This document shows, piece after piece, positions 19,950 to 30,992 of a stretch of DNA of 64,000 nt. Origin of the DNA: an uncultured Gemmatimonadales bacterium (lineage in GTDB: Bacteria > Gemmatimonadota > Gemmatimonadetes > Gemmatimonadales > GWC2-71-9); the NCBI GenBank assembly GCA_963828735.1, contig CAWHFW010000005.1, positions 2,528,001 to 2,592,000 of the forward strand, in the 5' to 3' direction. The notes under the pieces were generated by a model. It searched no databases. It was not told where the DNA came from and saw nothing but the letters and a program-made list of their open reading frames with translations. How positions within the stretch are numbered: position 1 is the first letter of the stretch; each line of letters starts with the position of its first letter. Both the position numbers and the translations under genes were made by a program.

Positions 19950-20453
19950 TCAGTGCGCCAGGGGGATGCGCGCCGCGAGCTCCATCTGGGCCACCAGGGA
20001 TAGCCGCCGGTCGATCTGCATCGCTCGCACGGCGAGCTTGGTGGGCAGCGCCTTCTGGAACTCGGCCAGCCACTTCTTCCGCAGGGCGTTCATCCTGGCA
20101 TCCCGCTCGAGGTGGGCGTTCATGAGGCCGAGTGCCGCCGCGTCATCCAGGCTATCGTAGCCGGCCACATACTTCTGGATGCCCTTGAGCTGCTCGTCCA
20201 TGATGGCGTTCTGCTCCTTCTGGTAGGCCTCGAAGACCGGCCAGAATTTTGCCGCCTGCTCCGCGGTGAGCGTCAGGTTCTTTGCCATGATGTCGGCTCT
20301 GCTGCTCTGCATGTCCGCACGCAGGGTTTTCAGGACGTCATCCACCGACGGGGCCGGCGCCGTGGTGGTCGAGGCCTGCTGTGCTGGCGTCTGGGCCTGC
20401 GCAGAGCGGACGACGAAACACACGGCCAAGAGCCATGGCAGAATCCGGTGCAT
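19950..20453 (-). CDS. Hypothetical secreted helical protein
   Basis: GGAGG SD, signal peptide, LTLTAEQAAKFWPVFEAYQ. Confidence 0.8.
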   Translation of the reverse strand: MHRILPWLLAVCFVVRSAQAQTPAQQASTTTAPAPSVDDVLKTLRADMQSSRADIMAKNLTLTAEQAAKFWPVFEAYQKEQNAIMDEQLKGIQKYVAGYDSLDDAAALGLMNAHLERDARMNALRKKWLAEFQKALPTKLAVRAMQIDRRLSLVAQMELAARIPLAH

Positions 20454-20861
20454 CGCTGTTCCTCCAGATTGCAAAAGGGAGCACACGCTATCCCGAACCC
20501 CTAGCGCACCCAAACGAAACGGCCGCCCGAGCGCCCGGCCACGGCGCCGAGTCGGTGGGGTCCGGGCTATCCATCGCAGATCTAAGGAAGACGGTAAGGA
20601 CTTGTTCTATCTGTGATTCGCTCGATCGAAGCTGTCGCCCAGGGGCCAGAGAGGGCACTGGACTTTGGTATAGCCCGTGACCCCGAGGGGCCTCAATGCG
20701 CCTCTCGATGAGCCCATCCGAAGGCGAAAGGGAGCGAGCCGATGGGCGCTAGTATCCAGGTGTACAGGCCCGTATATTGAATGGCCGGTCCTGCCTAGAC
20801 TGGATCAACCCTAGCCCAGCTGGATTCCCCAAGGACCCCGCGCCTTCACGACGAGGCCCTG

Positions 20862-21878
20862 TTGCCCGAACATCAATCCGCCTTTTCATACTCCGTCGGC
20901 CCCGAGCCTCATCGCAACCGCACCAAACAGATCCTTCGGCGGCATCCCGAGGTCCGAGCACTCATTGGCCCAAGCCCGGTCACCTTCTGGTGCATTCTGG
21001 GACTCGTGGGCCTGCAGTTCGGCGTCGCGTGGTTCGTGGCAGATCGGCCGGTTTGGCTGATGCTTGCGCTGGCCTACACCGTCGGGGCGTTCGCCAGCCA
21101 TGGGCTCTTCGTCATGATCCATGAGTGCGCCCACCGTCTGGTCTTCCGGCGGCGACTGCCGAACATTCTGACGGGTATCGTCGCGAACCTCCCGCTCTTC
21201 GTGCCGGGCTCGTTCTCCTTTCAGAAGTACCACCTCAAGCACCACGCCTATCAGGGCGTCTACGACCTCGATGCCGACATACCGAGTCTGTGGGAGGCTC
21301 GACTCATCGGGCGCTCCCCCCTCGGGAAAGCGCTCTGGCTCATGCTGTATCCGCTGTTCCAGGCCGTGCGCTCGTTTCGGGTGAAGGAAGTGCCACCGCT
21401 CGACGCGTGGACGCTGACGAACCTCGCCATCCAGATCGGCATCAACCTGGCCGTCTACCTGATGTGGGGTCCGATGTCGCTCGCCTATCTGGTGCTGGCG
21501 TTCTTCTTTTCCATCGGCCTCCACCCGTTGGGGGCGCGCTGGATCCAGCGGCACTACCTCGTGGACGGTGGAGAGCAGGAAACCTTCAGCTACTATGGCA
21601 AGCTCAATCTTTTGACGTTCAACGTGGGATACCATAACGAACACCACGATTTCCCCTCGGTGCCGTGGCATCGGTTGCCCAGGATCCGTGCGGCGGCACC
21701 CGAGGCCTACCTCGATCTCACCGCACACACGTCGTGGACGCGGCTCCTCTTCAGATTCCTCTTCGACCCCGAGATCTCGCTGTATTCACGAATGACGCGG
21801 GCGCATGCAGCCGACGGACTCTTGAACCGCACGGTAGGCGGCCGCCCATCGTCCGCGGAAGCTGCCCGGGTTTCGTAG
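20862..21878 (+). CDS. Membrane fatty-acid desaturase, sphingolipid Delta4-desaturase (DES1/DEGS)-like
   Basis: N-terminal EPHRNRTKQILRRHPEV; His boxes HECAH, HLKHH, HNEHHDFP; GLHPLGARW. Confidence 0.87.
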   Translation: MPEHQSAFSYSVGPEPHRNRTKQILRRHPEVRALIGPSPVTFWCILGLVGLQFGVAWFVADRPVWLMLALAYTVGAFASHGLFVMIHECAHRLVFRRRLPNILTGIVANLPLFVPGSFSFQKYHLKHHAYQGVYDLDADIPSLWEARLIGRSPLGKALWLMLYPLFQAVRSFRVKEVPPLDAWTLTNLAIQIGINLAVYLMWGPMSLAYLVLAFFFSIGLHPLGARWIQRHYLVDGGEQETFSYYGKLNLLTFNVGYHNEHHDFPSVPWHRLPRIRAAAPEAYLDLTAHTSWTRLLFRFLFDPEISLYSRMTRAHAADGLLNRTVGGRPSSAEAARVS

Positions 21879-21997
21879 CTCGCGGCCCGTAAGCGCTCGG
21901 GCAGCGACCTCACGGCCCGACCCCCGCACTCGCATCACCTGACCGGCGACCGCCCGCGCATCCGCTGAAAGGCGGCCCTCCAGCTCGCCCGCGGACT

Positions 21998-22055
21998 CCA
22001 GTACCCCAGCCCACAAGACCCAGTCCCCAAATTCCAGCCCAAACCCACCAGTCCC
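21998..22055. repeat. Degenerate 7-bp tandem repeat (CCCAGTC-like)
   Basis: CCAG/CCAA units at 22006, 22020, 22027, 22034 and 22048, a period of 7. Confidence 0.5.
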
Positions 22056-22189
22056 GGTGCCCCTCCGCCGGGCCGGAGAGACAGGAGACACCTGCACTAA
22101 CATCCGGGTGTCGGCCCAGCCCCCCTTTCCTAGATTCGGGCAGGGCGTGCAGTCGGGCTCCCCCTTCCACCTACTCTTTGGAGGAGAGC

Positions 22190-22717
22190 ATGAGTACCTA
22201 TCGCGCGTGGTACCTGTCACTTGCCGCGTTCCTGATGGTCGCCGGCCCGCTGCCGGCACAGGAGTCGGCCCCACCGCTCAAGATGATCTACGCCGTCTGG
22301 AAGGACACGACAGGGGCCGCGAGCACCGTCAAGCACATGACCAAGGATGCCAAGGACATGGTCCAGGCCTATGCGGTCCTCACCAAAGACAGCACCGGCA
22401 AGGTGGAGGTCAAGCAGAGGCACAATCAGGCTGGCGGCTCCGTCGCGGCCTTGCAGGCCAGCCAGGTCGTCGACACCGCGATCGCAAGGCTCAGTGCGCC
22501 CCTCCCGACTGCTGCCGACTCCGCCAGCGGCTACGCGCCGAGTGGGACGGCCAGGCGTTTGTCGGACGAGGACTTCGTGAAGATCCACGGCATGTTCAAC
22601 CCCGGCGAATCAGCCCTGATCCTCATGTCGGCGAAGCCGGACGTCTCGCAGATCGAGCGCACCCTGGGTCTGGGAGCGCAGAGTAACGCCGAGATCGTCG
22701 AGTTGGAGGTCAAGTAA
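22190..22717 (+). CDS. Hypothetical secreted protein (weak DUF1269-like resemblance)
   Basis: GGAGGAG SD, signal peptide, YAVLTKDSTGKVEVKQ, FNPGESALIL. Confidence 0.7.
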   Translation: MSTYRAWYLSLAAFLMVAGPLPAQESAPPLKMIYAVWKDTTGAASTVKHMTKDAKDMVQAYAVLTKDSTGKVEVKQRHNQAGGSVAALQASQVVDTAIARLSAPLPTAADSASGYAPSGTARRLSDEDFVKIHGMFNPGESALILMSAKPDVSQIERTLGLGAQSNAEIVELEVK

Positions 22718-22801
22718 TAGGCGGGGCGATGGGCGGCGGCCGTGCAGACGTCCCCCCTCGAGTCCGTCGCTTGCCCGCCACGAACTCGGGGTGCCTACGG
22801 T

Positions 22802-25155
22802 CTACTGCCCTTCGAGCCGGCGTGCCAAGGCGAGAAACCGAGAGTCCTTCCGCAGCGACGCCAGCCGCGGATCGATCAGCACGTACGCGAGAACGGTCGA
22901 GCGTTCCTCGTACGCGCGCTCGAGATCGCGGAGCGCTTGGTCGCGCTCGCCGAGACCGGCGTGCACCAGGGCGAACCAGTAGGCAGGCACGTAGCTTCGG
23001 GTCGCGGCCTCGCGCAACGCGGCGAGAACGCTCCGCGCCCGGGCCGTGTTGCCGGCCACCGCGTAGGCATGGCCGAGGGACGACTTGCGGAGGTTGCTGC
23101 TGCCGCTGATCGGCTCCAACAGCGCGATCGCCCGGTCGGGTTTCCCCTGCTGTTCGGCCACGAGTGCCAGCCCCCATTTGGCCAGCACATCGCTGGAGTC
23201 GCTCTTGAGAACATCGCGCAGCCGGCGGTCCGCCTCGTCGTAGCGACCCGCGAAGTAGTCGAGCAGGGCGCGGTTGGACTGCAGTGCGAGCGACAGCGGG
23301 TCCAACTCCACGGCCCGGCCGAGCTGCGCGATGGCTTCGCCGAGCCGGCGGCGTGACGCGAGAAAGCGGCTGTAGGAGAAGTACGCGTCGGCATAGTTGG
23401 GCCGCAGCTCGAGCGCGCGCTTGAACTCCTGCTCGGCGGCCCGCCAATCCCATTCGTAGTAGGCCCGGATGTACGCGTTGGCGGCGTGCGCTTCCGCCAG
23501 CGTCTCGTCCAGTCGGAGGGCCTGAACCAGCGCCGCCCGGGCTTTGGGCAGCACCTCCGCCGGCGACACGTTGGTATAGAAAGGAAGCGCGGTGTAATAG
23601 TTGGCCATGCCGACGTAGGCGGGCGCCCAATCGGGAGCCATCTGGATCGCGTAGTCGAACAGCTTGCGGGACTGCTCCAGCTCGCCGCGATCCAGATAGA
23701 AGCGGCCCCGCAGGTAGGCGTCGTACGCCCGCTGATCAATTTTGCGGCGCGCCTCGAGGCGGCTTTGCTCGGCGCCCTTGACGTCGGCCTTGATCGAGCC
23801 GGTGATGGCGAGCGTGATCTGCCGTTGGAGGTCCGGCAGCTCTCCCAGGCCACTCTGATACTCTCTCGCGAAGAGGAGCATGCTGTCCCTGGCCTGGAGG
23901 AGTCGTACGCTCACCCGTACGCTATCGCCCACCTTTCGGATCGAGCCTCGTACCACGGCGTCGACGCCGAGGTCGCTCGCCAGCTCGGCCAGCGAACGTG
24001 TCGTCCCCTGGGCTGCGGCACCCGACGAGCGCGAGATCACCTTCAGGGAGCCGATCTCGGCCAGATCGGCTATGAGCCCGTCCGTCATCCCCTCCCCGAG
24101 GTAGGCGCTGTCCGGGCCCGCCGCCACGTCCTGGAACGGGAGAACTGCGACCGCGGTGAGCCGAGGCGTGCCTCCGTGACCCCCGAGCGCGCTTCGCCCC
24201 GCCACGAGCCACCATCCGATCGCGGCCACCAGCCCGGCGGCGCTGAGGACGGCCATCAGCCGCCGGCTCATCCGCGGCCGCGGTCGGCTCAGCGTCGGGG
24301 CAGACACGGCGGTAGCCGCCGACGAGACGGGCGACGCGAGCGCGTCCAGGAACCGCTGAATCGAGGCAAATCGGTCGGCCGGCACCTTCGCCATGGCCTG
24401 CACGATGGCTGTCTCAACGCCCTGCCGGCACCGTCTGACGAACCGATCGCAGGCTGGGTACCGGGATCGAGTGAGTGCCGGGCGACGACTGCCTGAGATG
24501 ACGGCCCGGTGAAAGGCGGCCCACCACTCAGCATCTCGTACAGGGTGCATCCAAGGCTGTACTGATCGCTCCGGCCGTCTACCGCACCTCCGCTGGCCTG
24601 TTCCGGGCTCATGTACTGCGGCGTGCCAACGACCATGCCGGTCAGTGTGAGCGGCTCCGCGCTCGCGGCGTCCAGTGCCCGGGCGATGCCGAAGTCGGCG
24701 ACCACGGCCTGGCCCGCGGACAGCATGATGTTCTCGGGCTTGATGTCCCGGTGGACGACCCCGTGCTCGTGGGCGTACTGGAGGGCGCTGCCGACCTCGC
24801 GGGTGATCTGAAGCGCGGCATCGAGCGGAAGCTGCTGTTCCCGCGCGAGCCGCTGCCGGAGGGACTCCCCTTCGGCAAACGGCATGACGTAATACAGCAG
24901 GCTGCCGGCCTGCCCCGAGTCATACAGCGGGAGAATGTGCGGGTGCTGGAGTGTCGCGGCGAGCTCGATCTCACGCAGGAACCGCTCGCTGCCAAGAACG
25001 GCCGACAGCTCGGGCTTGAGCAGCTTGATGGCGACGCGCCGGTGGTGCTTCAAGTCCTCGGCGAGAAAGACGACCGCCATCCCACCGCGTCCAACCTCTC
25101 GCTCGACGCGGTATCGCTCGCCGAGCGCCGTCCCAAGCTGCTCGAGGAGCTCCAT
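22802..25155 (-). CDS. Ser/Thr protein kinase - TM - TolB-like/TPR protein; two apparent +1 frameshifts near 24421 and 24462
   Basis: GRGGMAVV, VAIK, HRDIKPEN, DFG, SPE in 24289..25155; AVLPF and TPRs in 22802..24550. Removing two bases restores HSLDPVPSLRSVRQTVPAGVE. Confidence 0.88.
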
Positions 25156-25236
25156 GGCCGACCCTTTCCGCCTGTCGAGCCAATGTGTCCCGCGCTTTCG
25201 GGGCTGGCAAGGAACCGACCTAGCCGGCCGAGGGTG

Positions 25237-25926
25237 TCATCCCCCCAGCGCGATGGTGGCCCAGACCAGCACAACCCCGAGGGCAAGGGTGACCAGGCCG
25301 CCCAGCCACCGGTGCCTCCCGCCGTGCTCCCCGAGGTAGTAACCGCCCAGAAACAGCATCACCAGCGCGATGCCATTGGAGATGCGTAGAGCGCGATGGG
25401 CTTCGTGAATGAAGGCGAACGGGAGCGCTACCGGGAGGGTGGCGAGGAACACCAGTAGAAAGACAGCCAGCGCAGCACCGAAATCGCCGGCCGTGATGGG
25501 CAACTTGGCGGGCGGCTCTGGCAGGCGGGCCAGACGGTCTCGGATGACATCTACTTCCGCGGGCTCCATTGCGGAGGCAATCACCGGAGGCAGTGCCTCC
25601 CGGATCAGGTCATGCGCGCGGGCCGGGTCTGGCGGGCGCCGCACCTGTCTCAGGATGGCGAGATTGCGGCCCCTTTCAGTCACCGTGGCCATCAGGTACA
25701 TCACCGCGTCCACCAGACCCCAGGCGATGTTGCATCCCAGAGCACCGATCAGCATGCTCCGGACCTCGCTCCTGTCCGCCGTGGCCACGCTCAGCGACCC
25801 GGTGAAGGTGAGGGCCATGATCAGGCCGAAGATCACTTCGGAGACCCGATCGACCGGAGTCAAGACGGGAGCCGGGCCCACCGGGTGCGCAACGGAGCCG
25901 GCGAGGATGGTCGACGGGCTCTTCAT
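25237..25926 (-). CDS. VIT1/CCC1-like membrane protein
   Basis: EVIFGLIMALTFT, GCNIAWGLVDAVM, C-terminal ...IALGG. Confidence 0.8.
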   Translation of the reverse strand: MKSPSTILAGSVAHPVGPAPVLTPVDRVSEVIFGLIMALTFTGSLSVATADRSEVRSMLIGALGCNIAWGLVDAVMYLMATVTERGRNLAILRQVRRPPDPARAHDLIREALPPVIASAMEPAEVDVIRDRLARLPEPPAKLPITAGDFGAALAVFLLVFLATLPVALPFAFIHEAHRALRISNGIALVMLFLGGYYLGEHGGRHRWLGGLVTLALGVVLVWATIALGG

Positions 25927-26046
25927 GCGGGAGCCAGGTAGAGGAGGCCGATCATCATGTACACCGCCGAGAGTCGGGTGCGCATCGTTCCCAGCCGCAG
26001 CGGCAGTACCGTGGTGCGGCTCTACAAGAGCTAGTACCGTGGCCGT

Positions 26047-27036
26047 CTACGAAGCAGGACCCTCGCGCTCTCCCACAAGGACCGGGAGAAGCTGCTTGAG
26101 CGTGAGCGTCAGGGGGATGGCCAGCAGCGCTCCCATCGGCCCCAGCACCACGCCCCAGCCGAGCAGTGCCAGCACGATGACCAGGGCCGAGAGTCCCAGT
26201 CCGGCTCCCATGTACTTCGGCTTGATCACGTTGTCCCCGATGAAGTTCACGACAAAGAAGAGCCCGGCCAGCGTGAGGGCTCGGCCCATGCCGGATTCCA
26301 GCAGGGTGATCAGGAGGGGGGGAATCATCGAGAGGACGAATCCGAAGGGGACGAACGCGAACAGGAAGCAGATCACCGTCCAGAGCGCGGGGGCATCGGT
26401 GCCCACCAGCAGCATGATGGCGAGGTCCATCAGCGCGATGACGGCGCCGATCATCCCGTTGAGCCCCACGAAGCGTCGCACCAGCCGCATCGCTTCGTCG
26501 AGCCGGTTCCGGAGGGAACCGGGCCCGGAGTCGGCACCCTGAAACAGGGGAAGCTCGATCAGGAAGAGTACGACGAGCACGAGCGCGAAAAGGCCGTACC
26601 CGACCAGGCCGAGCGCCCCTCCCACCAGCTGGCCCACCTTGGCCATGATCTTCGCCGGGTTTGGCTCGAGGGCCTGATCCACCGCGATCCCTCGCGCCGC
26701 CAGCTTCTGGTTCACACCGTCCACGAGGCCCGCGAGCGAGCTCTGGTACTTGGGGAGATTCTCCGAGAGGCGGCCGAGGGAGCCCGTGAGCACCAGGATC
26801 AGGATGGCTCCTCCCACAAGGGCGAGCACGACCGTGATCGCGATGGCGGTGCCGCGTCCCATCCCGCGGTTCGCCAGCATGAGCGGCAGCGGCGACAAGG
26901 TGGCCGCGAGCAGGAGGGAGACCAGCACCAGGTTCACGACCGGCGCGGCTGCCTGCAGCGCTGCCGCGATGATGGCCAGGCCTGCACCCAGGATTACTAG
27001 TCGGAGGAGTGGAGATCCTCGATCGCTGGACGTCAT
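26047..27036 (-). CDS. AI-2E family transporter
   Basis: Multiple TMs; DNVIKPKYMG, WGVVLGPMGALLAIPLT. Confidence 0.9.
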   Translation of the reverse strand: MTSSDRGSPLLRLVILGAGLAIIAAALQAAAPVVNLVLVSLLLAATLSPLPLMLANRGMGRGTAIAITVVLALVGGAILILVLTGSLGRLSENLPKYQSSLAGLVDGVNQKLAARGIAVDQALEPNPAKIMAKVGQLVGGALGLVGYGLFALVLVVLFLIELPLFQGADSGPGSLRNRLDEAMRLVRRFVGLNGMIGAVIALMDLAIMLLVGTDAPALWTVICFLFAFVPFGFVLSMIPPLLITLLESGMGRALTLAGLFFVVNFIGDNVIKPKYMGAGLGLSALVIVLALLGWGVVLGPMGALLAIPLTLTLKQLLPVLVGEREGPAS

Positions 27037-27221
27037 AGGTCCTCGCGCTGATGCGGGGGCGATGCGCCTCCGCCCCACCGTCCGGGGCAACTCCTCAAGG
27101 GCGTAGGCTCATCGCGTTGGGCTCGCGAGTCAGGACCACGAGCGCGTGGGTGCTCCTCCACCATACCGTTCGGCCTCCGGTCGCCCCATTACACCTTGGT
27201 AGAGGTCGGGGATGACCGGCC

Positions 27222-28628
27222 TCACGGTGTTGGCGGCCCCGATGCGGGCTCCCGCCGCTGTTCGACGTTTGCCCTGGCCTGGGCAATGTGGCTCTTCAGA
27301 ATGAACAGCTGCTGCGAGTAGCCCAGCGGGACCGACAGGTGGTTCGCCCGCCTCGCCAGATCTTCCAGGGCCGCGGCGAGGTGGTGCGGGGCCTGGCCCG
27401 GACCGGCCCGTTCCAGCTCTGCCTCCAGGATCATCAGCTGGCCGTAGAGACTGTAGATCCGGCGCTCGACCATGTACCGGTAGACTGCAGGCAGGAACCG
27501 GGCGGCGGGGAACACCACGACAAGCAGTGGAATGAGCAGGATCAGCAGGCGCTCCGTCAGGCCTGCCAACCACAACGGGAACACGCGATAGACGAACGGC
27601 AGGCCCGACTGATAGAACTCCCGGGCCTGCCGATTGAGAGGCAAGTTGACGGCCTCGGAAGCGGGGAACCGGCCGGCCTTGTTGAAGATATCCGGGCCGC
27701 CGTGGATCTCGGCGGCGGCCTGGAGCAGCAGGTACTGCAGCGCGGGATGGAGATCCTTGCGCACCACCAGGCTCGTCTCGACGGCGAGCAGCGTCACGTC
27801 CCGCGGCGGGAGGTTCCTCGCCAGGTCGGCCACGCCAGTGGGGAGCACGACCTTGTACAGGCTGGGGAACAGGGCGACATACGCGTCCGCGCGGGGATAC
27901 GCCTGGAGCACGATGCCATCCGCGACCAGGAGTCTCCGCACCACGGGCGACCGCCAGGAGGTGAGCATCGCGGCACCGTCGATCTCGCCGCGTAGCAGCG
28001 CCTCGGCGCTTTGCGCGGGTGGCAGGCTGAGCAGCACGACGCTCGTGTCGGCCACGCCGTTGAGCGCGAGCAACCGGCGAGCCAGGATTCGGGTCGCGCT
28101 GCCCTCGGGCTCGATCGAGATGCGTTTGCCCTTGAGCTTCCGGGCCAGGGCTCCCGGCGTCTGGTCCGGGCCTTCCCCGCCCAGCGCCTGACGGCGGAAG
28201 AACCACCAGAGAGGCGCGAGCGAGATCGTGCCGAGCGAAATGAGGTCCGGCGACTCCTCTTGGGTGGTGAGCCCACTCTCGAGAAAAGCGACCTTCACCC
28301 CTGAGCGCGGGTCGCGCAGGCGCGCGAGGTTCTCGACCCCACCTTGGGTCCGAATCACGTGGAGATCGAACCCCGACCGGTGGAGGACCTCGCGGTAGCG
28401 GGCGCCGAGCTCATATTCGGCGCTCCCCTCCGGTCCGGTCGCCATGATGACCGTATGCGGGGGAAAGGGGTTGCCCACCGTGAGGGCCATCCACACCGCG
28501 GCACCCACGACGGCAAGGACGACGAGAGCTCCCGCGAGCCGTCGGCCACTGCGCGGCCGGGATGACAACATTGGAGTCGGCGCCTCTCGACCGGCCGATC
28601 GCGTCTCAGCGACGCCGGACTGGCTCAT
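27222..28628 (-). CDS. TAXI-family TRAP solute-binding protein with C-terminal TM extension
   Basis: MATGPEGSAEY, TQGGVENLARL, LVVRKDLHPALQ. Confidence 0.85.
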   Translation of the reverse strand: MSQSGVAETRSAGREAPTPMLSSRPRSGRRLAGALVVLAVVGAAVWMALTVGNPFPPHTVIMATGPEGSAEYELGARYREVLHRSGFDLHVIRTQGGVENLARLRDPRSGVKVAFLESGLTTQEESPDLISLGTISLAPLWWFFRRQALGGEGPDQTPGALARKLKGKRISIEPEGSATRILARRLLALNGVADTSVVLLSLPPAQSAEALLRGEIDGAAMLTSWRSPVVRRLLVADGIVLQAYPRADAYVALFPSLYKVVLPTGVADLARNLPPRDVTLLAVETSLVVRKDLHPALQYLLLQAAAEIHGGPDIFNKAGRFPASEAVNLPLNRQAREFYQSGLPFVYRVFPLWLAGLTERLLILLIPLLVVVFPAARFLPAVYRYMVERRIYSLYGQLMILEAELERAGPGQAPHHLAAALEDLARRANHLSVPLGYSQQLFILKSHIAQARANVEQRREPASGPPTP

Positions 28629-28867
28629 CGTGTGCCATCGGAAATGGAGCCGGTGATCGAAGTGAGCGGGTGGCTCTGGCGTTCGAGAACCTAGGCGGAG
28701 AGTTAGACCCCGTTTCAACGCTCGCCAGTGCACCTTGGTCGAGGCATTCTCCCCCGCAAGGCTGAAGAAGGCTCGGCGCGCTCTCGACGGGCCCATGCTT
28801 TCCCCGCGCCCCGGACGAGTTGAGATTGGTACCACCCGCTTCACGTGAGATTGGGGAACCCCGAGCC

Positions 28868-30166
28868 ATGCCGCGACTGCTGGTGCTGTTCGTGACGGCG
28901 TTCGTGGACATGGTGGGGCTCACCATGATCATCCCTCTGTTGCCGTTCTACGCCACGGAAATGGGTGCGAGCGCCACCTGGGTCGGGGTGCTGGTCTCTG
29001 CCTTCTCGGTGGCCCAGCTGGCCGTGGCTCCGCTGTGGGGCCGCTTCTCCGACCGCTACGGCCGCCGGCCCGCCATCCTCGTGGGGTTGCTGCTCACCGC
29101 CTGCGCCTACGTCATCTTCGCGTTCGCGGGATCGCTGTCGGTGCTTCTCCTGTCCCGTCTCGTGCAGGGGTTGGGCGGCGGCACGATCGGAGTGGTGCAG
29201 GCGTACGTCGCCGACGCCTCGCCGCCCGAGCAACGCACCAGGAGTCTGGGCTGGCTCTCGGCCGTGACCAGCCTTGGCGCCGTCGCCGGTCCGGCCTTCG
29301 GATCGGTGATGATCAGCATTGGGGGAAAGGGCGCGCCGGGGCTCGCCGCGGCGGCGCTCGCGCTCGCGGTTGCGGGGTTCGCCGCGCGCTTCCTGGGCGA
29401 GTCGCGCCAACTCGGGCCGTCGGGGTCGCATGCCGCCCCCTCCACGACCAGTGCGCGCCAGGCGATCGGACGGGTCATCTCCCACTGGCACGAGCCGGCG
29501 TCGCGGCTCATCTGGATCTACACCGTCGGCATCGGCGCCTTCTATGGCACCATCCAGGTCGTGCCGCTTCTGCTCATGGACCGGCTGGGAGTCACCGCAG
29601 GGCACATCGGCTACTTCATCATGTACCTGGGTGGTGCCGGTGTGGTCGTGCGCTCTTTCATGCTGGGGCGGGTGCTGGATCTGCTAGGCGAGGCGCGGCT
29701 CTCCCGACTCGGGATCGTCCTGCTGGCGGCAGGCCTCTGCTGCACGGGCGTCGCCGCACACCGCAGCATCGTCTTCCTCGGCTTCACCCTGATGCCCTTC
29801 GGCACCGCATTTCTCTTCCCCTGCGTCACCGGGCTTCTTTCCCGGGTGGTGCCGGGCAATGAGCGAGGGCTCTACATGGGGGTCCAGCATACCTTCGGCG
29901 GAGTCTCTCGGGTGCTGTTCCCGATCGCCGCGGGCGTCCTGATGGACCAATTCGGGATGGGGGTGCCGTTCTGGATCGCGGGACTTCTGGTGCTCGCTAC
30001 GCTGCCGTTCGCCTGGGCGCTGGCCGAATCGCTGCCGCCTGAATCCCCGGCGACCCTCGCAGTACGGACGGTTTCTTCCGCGGATGTGACGGGGGAATTC
30101 CCGGTGCAACCGGCGGTGCAGGAGGGGTCGGCAGGCGAGTCGGCGGAGCCGCGAAGCACCGCGTGA
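28868..30166 (+). CDS. MFS transporter (TetA/DHA1-like)
   Basis: Motif A WGRFSDRYGRRP; about 12 TMs. Confidence 0.92.
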   Translation: MPRLLVLFVTAFVDMVGLTMIIPLLPFYATEMGASATWVGVLVSAFSVAQLAVAPLWGRFSDRYGRRPAILVGLLLTACAYVIFAFAGSLSVLLLSRLVQGLGGGTIGVVQAYVADASPPEQRTRSLGWLSAVTSLGAVAGPAFGSVMISIGGKGAPGLAAAALALAVAGFAARFLGESRQLGPSGSHAAPSTTSARQAIGRVISHWHEPASRLIWIYTVGIGAFYGTIQVVPLLLMDRLGVTAGHIGYFIMYLGGAGVVVRSFMLGRVLDLLGEARLSRLGIVLLAAGLCCTGVAAHRSIVFLGFTLMPFGTAFLFPCVTGLLSRVVPGNERGLYMGVQHTFGGVSRVLFPIAAGVLMDQFGMGVPFWIAGLLVLATLPFAWALAESLPPESPATLAVRTVSSADVTGEFPVQPAVQEGSAGESAEPRSTA

Positions 30167-30224
30167 GCGGCTTCGAACACCGCGCCCACGTCGCTCTCAT
30201 TGGATCGCTAGCGCTCCCGCGACG

Positions 30225-30851
30225 TCATTTCGAGGGCGCAGCGACCGCCGCCGCGATCCCTTCAGCGGCCTTCTGCACCTCCGGGGTGAGAATATCCTCA
30301 CCATCGGCCTGTGCCTTCCGCTTGTCGGACTTCTCGAGGATGACGGTCCCCGAGCCCGACTCCAGCCGGTAGCCCAACGTCAGCTCATCCTTCACCTTCG
30401 TCGCGGTGGCGTAGTTGTAGGCCGCGGCGCCCGCCGCTTGGGCGGCGGCATCGGTCGCGATGCGACCGGCAGTGGAGCCGACGGATCCAGCCGCCGACCA
30501 TGCCCCTTGCTGGATGGCACTGCCCACGGTGCGGCCCAGGAGTCCACCTCCACTACTCTTGTGCTCGTGCTTGAGCGTGGTGAGCAGGAGATAGGGGCAG
30601 GTGGCGGCCTTGGCCTCTTCACGCACCTGGGACTCGAGCCGCGCCGTGAGCGGCGTGACGCTCAGGCTGGGCCCGGTGAGGAAGCTGGTGAAGGTCTCGC
30701 GGACCGCGCTCATCGCGGTGTCCGGGTTGCCCGCGTTGCCTTCGACGGTCGCCGGGGCGAGGCAGATGCGCGCGGCGGGCGGCGCGGTCTGGGCTGCCAA
30801 CGCCACCGGCACGGTGAAGAGAAGCTCGAGAGAAAGCGTGCGAGCCGTCAT
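30225..30851 (-). CDS. Hypothetical secreted protein
   Basis: GAGGAG SD, signal peptide, Ala/Gly-rich glycine-zipper-like segment. Confidence 0.7.
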   Translation of the reverse strand: MTARTLSLELLFTVPVALAAQTAPPAARICLAPATVEGNAGNPDTAMSAVRETFTSFLTGPSLSVTPLTARLESQVREEAKAATCPYLLLTTLKHEHKSSGGGLLGRTVGSAIQQGAWSAAGSVGSTAGRIATDAAAQAAGAAAYNYATATKVKDELTLGYRLESGSGTVILEKSDKRKAQADGEDILTPEVQKAAEGIAAAVAAPSK

Positions 30852-30992
30852 TGGCTCCTCGATGCTCGATGAGCTGCTGAAGTTCTCGTGAGATATGGGA
30901 ACCGGGACGCCTGGAGGGCCCCCTCGTCGGGTGGACCTGCACGATTGTATGGCCCAGCGGGGACTGGTGCAACCGCCGCCTTCACACCGGGT

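Noticed and set aside
20695..20750. Hammerhead-like GATGAGCC...GGCGAAA
   Set aside because: The core reads CUCGAUGA rather than CUGAUGA, and I found no convincing stem III with an NUH cleavage triplet.
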